NCBI GenBank assembly: GCA_964202905.1
Contig: CAXNJO010000013.1
Span: 75,839 to 139,838, forward strand
DNA: 64,000 nt
Origin: Polyangiales bacterium
GTDB taxonomy: Bacteria > Myxococcota_A > Polyangia > Polyangiales > JADJQN01
Direction: 5' to 3'
The position numbers were made by a program, and so were the translations under genes. Of this stretch, positions 63,001 to 64,000 are shown in pieces (position 1 is the first letter of the stretch; each line of letters opens with the position of its first letter). Under the pieces are notes generated by a model, which was not told the DNA's origin, did no database searches, and was given only the letters and a program-made list of their open reading frames with translations.

Positions 63001-63442
63001 GGCTCGCCGGCGTCGGCACCCCGAGCCGCACGATGGGCGCAGGCGCGTCGGCCGCGGGCTCCACGCGGCGCACGGCCGGCGGCGGCGCCGAGGGACGGGG
63101 CGACGACTCGGCCTCCGCGCCGATGCGCGGCAGCGAGACCGCGAGCGACGCGAGCACGTCGAGGTCGTCCTGCGTCAGCGCGCGCCCTTCGTCCCGCGCG
63201 GCGTCGATCCGCACGATGCACGCCTCGAGCGCCTCCGCGAGCGGCCGCATGCGGAACACCTGCGCGGACGCGTAGAGCGCATGCAGGCGGCGGCGCATCT
63301 CCTCGCGGGGCCGCTCCGATTCGGGGCTCGCGACGAGCAGCGCGACGGCCCCCTTGAGCTCCGCGGCCTTCCGCGCCAGGCCCTCGATGAACCGCTCCCT
63401 CGCCACGCCGAGGGCGGTGTGCTTGCGGTGATCGTCGCTCAT
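60062..63442 (-). CDS. Multidomain response regulator (Hpt-like N-terminus, two receivers, TM, PEGA-like C-terminus)
   Basis: RRLHAL.AS, DVVLVD, VVVDDD..VSDIVMPQLDG, TM helix, LDG..LGPAP. Confidence 0.8.
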   Translation of the reverse strand: MSDDHRKHTALGVARERFIEGLARKAAELKGAVALLVASPESERPREEMRRRLHALYASAQVFRMRPLAEALEACIVRIDAARDEGRALTQDDLDVLASLAVSLPRIGAEAESSPRPSAPPPAVRRVEPAADAPAPIVRLGVPTPASLARIRTETRAVVREAPAPVAVAPPVVPRPVETAALRVAEPAAIAHTDVDSGALVSVLVLDGADVQAQIRAALPAATYEILGTASPEEALRLARSSAPDVVLVDRAALVRGAGEFVARLRADLLTDFIPVVMLAPPGMAPDPIAARGIGADDVVAKPVDPPLLVRAIARVLGSDAIGGVRPLGDATLAQLADRLADEVRAGIAGSAEAGADLPVPLGDGAEVLAAAWSAIARVRAFVAARSGGRVRFRDPPRRGGPAVLALTDGDDALADDHATEVSLDGRRIVVVDDDPTVVWFFSTLLREAGAAVHEATDGREALAQLRAERADVVVSDIVMPQLDGFGLCREIQRDPALEGIPVILLSWKEDLLQRMRDLQAGASGYLRKEAGATQILARVRDALRPRARLEAQLRAGGEVRGSLERIGAQTLLRTVAAVCGDARVTVRDAWNLFEVDLRGSELVHLTRTATDGSFARGEGALRQLLGATAGRFVVAPDGTPARAMFRDPLAVLLDRNTRQLGALVDAVSGTGLPLADRVELDEDVLALLARTSPAPSRALIERLRAGESPRALVASGELAPQDVEAVLVDLARRGALVGVRGQQGEDRVAEALAARASMPDTPLASRARLPAASAPALPLRVPALPAALVAGSPSTEMVAPAAPPDAPPAAALVEQDELPTSPGDVPVPVEPLADPADVTSASEYPMALASGFPAPSASGVAVAAETPSMFEPAIASLSEYPTARPPVAEDADAEDASAGPSTVDERAHAHEGPAEAADADHDADADAESEDATATPHAEAPAAAAGPGGTAWLIILGSLAVLGFFGYRAWYDGTVARLFGLEPPGYEADAPPPADAPAGGERAVPTVGASRSTVPDGGGADSADAGTAVAPSTVETVVDPLRFGRVEPGIRDVSVTVGSDEGLLVVEAGSGGAAVVVLDGRELGPAPLRVAVSAGQHELSFRRGEEASYRFLNVRAAHTHTVTVP

Positions 63443-63515
63443 GCCGTCTTGGACTCTAGACGAAGGCCCCGCGCGGCCCCGCATTTCCGGTGACCGCGGC
63501 GCGGCGCCGACAGCC

Positions 63516-63986
63516 CTACGTCGCGCGGACCGGGTTGATGCTCAGCTGCGGGAGCACGGCCGCCGCGAGCCGCGCGGCCTGCTGCACGTCGCGGACGCCC
63601 GCCTCCGGACAGTCGATCGCGAGCACCGCGAGCTTCCCGTCCGCTCCGACGATCGGGCCCTGCTTCGCCGCGGGGCGCGGCCCCGTGGCCTTCGGCGGGA
63701 TCTTGGCGCGGCTCACGTCGAGCGAGTGCTTGGCCGCGAGCGCGTGGATGTCCGCGAGGGTGTCCTCGTAGGAGGCCGGATCGCGGTTGAGCGTCGCGAT
63801 CATGTTGGTGAGCACGGCGGGGATCTTCACCGAAAGGCGCGTGTCGTCCGGGAAGAAGAGCTCCTTGGCCCGGTACTGCTGGTCCGCCATCAGGATCTCG
63901 AGGTTGACCGAGGGGATGAGCGCAGGGTGCGTGAGTTGCTCGAGCGACTTGCCCTCCTCGCTCACAATGAAACCCAAATGCCTCAC
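63516..63986 (-). CDS. Hypothetical protein (may extend past the window edge)
   Basis: Open frame with genome-like codon usage. Confidence 0.5.
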   Translation of the reverse strand: MRHLGFIVSEEGKSLEQLTHPALIPSVNLEILMADQQYRAKELFFPDDTRLSVKIPAVLTNMIATLNRDPASYEDTLADIHALAAKHSLDVSRAKIPPKATGPRPAAKQGPIVGADGKLAVLAIDCPEAGVRDVQQAARLAAAVLPQLSINPVRAT

Positions 63987-64000
63987 TGCACCAACGCACA

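Overview
High-GC myxobacterial-type chromosome segment, judged from a MYXO-CTERM protein, PEGA/receiver proteins and Cys-rich lipoproteins. Bases 1-24.8 kb and 51.75-64 kb are mostly core genes: hisZ-purA, yceD-rpmF-fabG-acpP-fabF, a MoxR/VWA pair, a pcm-erythromycin esterase fusion, an internally deleted groEL, hisS, kinases, cystathionine beta-synthase and a sulfatase. Between them lies a ~26.5 kb accessory island bracketed by a 487-bp direct duplication of a gene 3' end. The island is a head-to-tail array of six (plus a probable seventh remnant) near-identical, same-orientation IS91/ISCR-like origin modules. Each starts GAGGGTAACCGATCC and carries a variably truncated HUH transposase 3' end, followed by a different block of unrelated cargo that is often cut mid-gene at the next module's GAG. 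Cargo includes a serine recombinase, TetR/SRPBCC, a DrmC-like PLD, a HEPN-like protein, a PD-(D/E)XK nuclease, a GT-radical SAM cluster and a Phd-VapC pair. This looks like a rolling-circle, Helitron/ISCR-like gene-capture array. Two ISAzo13 copies and an IS21 inserted in the origin sequence, and an IS3 cuts the right end. All calls come from motif recognition by eye; no database searches were run.
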